Shown here: one piece after another, positions 62,844 through 64,000 of the stretch
Position numbering within the stretch: position 1 is the first letter of the stretch
How the letters are laid out: the number at the start of each line of letters is the position of its first letter
Source of the DNA: an uncultured Planctomycetaceae bacterium
GTDB taxonomy: Bacteria > Planctomycetota > Planctomycetia > Isosphaerales > Isosphaeraceae
Length of the DNA: 64,000 nucleotides
Direction of reading: 5' to 3'
Assembly: GCA_963833985.1 (NCBI GenBank)
Contig: CAWIAD010000002.1
Coordinates: 2,240,001 to 2,304,000, forward strand
Notes under the pieces: model-generated
Told to the model about the DNA's origin: nothing
The model's database searches: none
What the model saw: only the letters and a program-made list of their open reading frames with translations
Position numbers and translations under genes: made by a program

Positions 62844-63053
62844 GGGGAAACTCCGACGAGGTTCAGGGCAACGGGAGCTGTCCGATCGATCGGTCACGCG
62901 CCGACCGGTGAAGTGCGCCTGAGAGGATAAGCGCATGATGTGATGGAAATCCAGCAAATTCGCAGGCGATCGGACGAGATCTGACCGAGCCGCCACTCTC
63001 AGGCCGCGGAAAGCCAGGGGTGCCACGGGAGGCGGGATCGTCTCTGCCGGGCT

Positions 63054-63310
63054 TCAATGGGGCCGCGGCGGTTTAGCGTGCTCACGCACATCGGCTGCCC
63101 AGATCAGGGTGTGCGCATCGAGCAGCAGCCTCACGGCATGGACACCTGGAAGTCCTCGAGCGGGTCGTCGAAAGGATCCATCGACAGGACCGTCCCCCGG
63201 ACCGTGCCCGATCGCGGGCCTTTCCCCGGCTCCGATGTGATGGCGGGCAGTCCGCGTCGATCGGGCCAGGAAAACGGGACGGCACTGAACAGGACCTGGT
63301 CAGCCTCATC
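63054..63310 (-). pseudogene. Remnant antitoxin plus truncated PIN toxin
   Basis: ..GPRSGTVRGTVLSMDPFDDPLEDF..* with GTGA overlap into VRLLLDAHTLIWAAD, which is then lost. Confidence 0.7.
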
Positions 63311-63448
63311 ACAGCGTTACGTCGAGTCACCTGGCTGCTATTACATACAGCACCCAGAATGCCGTGTGGTCAATATCAGTTATGTCCCGTTTTCACTCCC
63401 CGAGCTTCTTGCGCAATGTCACTTTACCTTTCGTAGAATAAATGAACT

Positions 63449-63480
63449 GACACCAATTTCCCCAGACACCAATTTCCCCA
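63449..63480. repeat. 16-bp tandem duplication GACACCAATTTCCCCA x2
   Basis: Exact adjacent repeat preceded by AATAAATGAACT in an AT-richer intergenic region. Confidence 0.8.
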
Positions 63481-63939
63481 CGTGACAGAGACAGATGTTG
63501 CACCCGAGGCTGAGGACGATCATACACAGAATTCGTCCCCCGATCCGCCTAGAACTTTCCAGGAACGCATCATTCTTGAGCGGCAACGCAAGGACGACGG
63601 ACTGAACCCGCCTTGAGAACGAGATGCGGAATTCGGGATTCGGGATGAACCTTACCGATTCTCGGAAATCCCCCCTGGTGCTGCCTTGGCACATCTATAT
63701 ACTGACGCCTTATAAGGCTCGCTTGCGCCAGGTACCGCGCATTCGAGTCGAAGACTCTCTGATTAAGCGCGACCCACAGGGTTTTTGTAAACGTGACAAA
63801 GTCGTACCGAGGTGAAACCAGTACCCCCAGTTCCGCACTGGGTCCCGCTTCATTCCCTCATTTCTGTTCTGCTGTGTACGCCCGATCACTGACGGAAGCC
63901 GATAATTCGTAAGGTCTTACGGCACAAGAATATCGGGCA

Positions 63940-63968
63940 TTGACAAGTCTCTCACTGCGCGTTAGACA
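63940..63968 (+). promoter_or_regulatory. Possible sigma70 promoter for a gene beyond the window
   Basis: TTGACA-N17-TAGACA, then GGAG and ATG at 63988. Confidence 0.4.
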
Positions 63969-64000
63969 TGGTTTTGGAGACGAAACGATGCGCTACGAGC

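Overview
High-GC bacterial window, most likely a planctomycete (Isosphaeraceae-like). The evidence for that is a DUF1559 prepilin/H-X9-DG gene, a DUF1573 gene, an LEGRRLL-motif protein and a planctomycete-type ECF sigma remnant. The dominant feature is a ~17.6 kb minus-strand lipid operon, pfaD-pfaA-pfaBC-oleA-oleB (39389-56966). It couples a PUFA synthase directly to head-to-head condensation enzymes. No oleC, oleD or PPTase gene is in the window, and a GT4 glycosyltransferase abuts the operon. Other content: the prs 3' end; a CopA-type ATPase in frame with a decayed CsoR; a four-gene DUF1573 / 10-Cys secreted protein / membrane-anchored protein / DUF1559 cassette; an AAA+VWA pair; a YsnF stress gene with a sigma54-type promoter; a MetOD1 protein plus PAS hybrid kinase; recQ; a lectin-esterase-lactonase fusion; an LplA-like ligase; FHA; MoxR; a panB-phhB-panC-panD-lgt region interrupted by a decayed integrase/toxin-antitoxin (TA) islet; malQ; a GH172 gene with a duplicated 5' segment; four mostly decayed TA modules; and a Tat-type flavin amine oxidase. 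About 20 frameshifts, many in G/C runs and some in otherwise conserved genes, suggest sequencing indels, so those genes are not called pseudogenes. No rRNA, tRNA or CRISPR array was seen. All calls come from motif recognition by eye, with no database searches.
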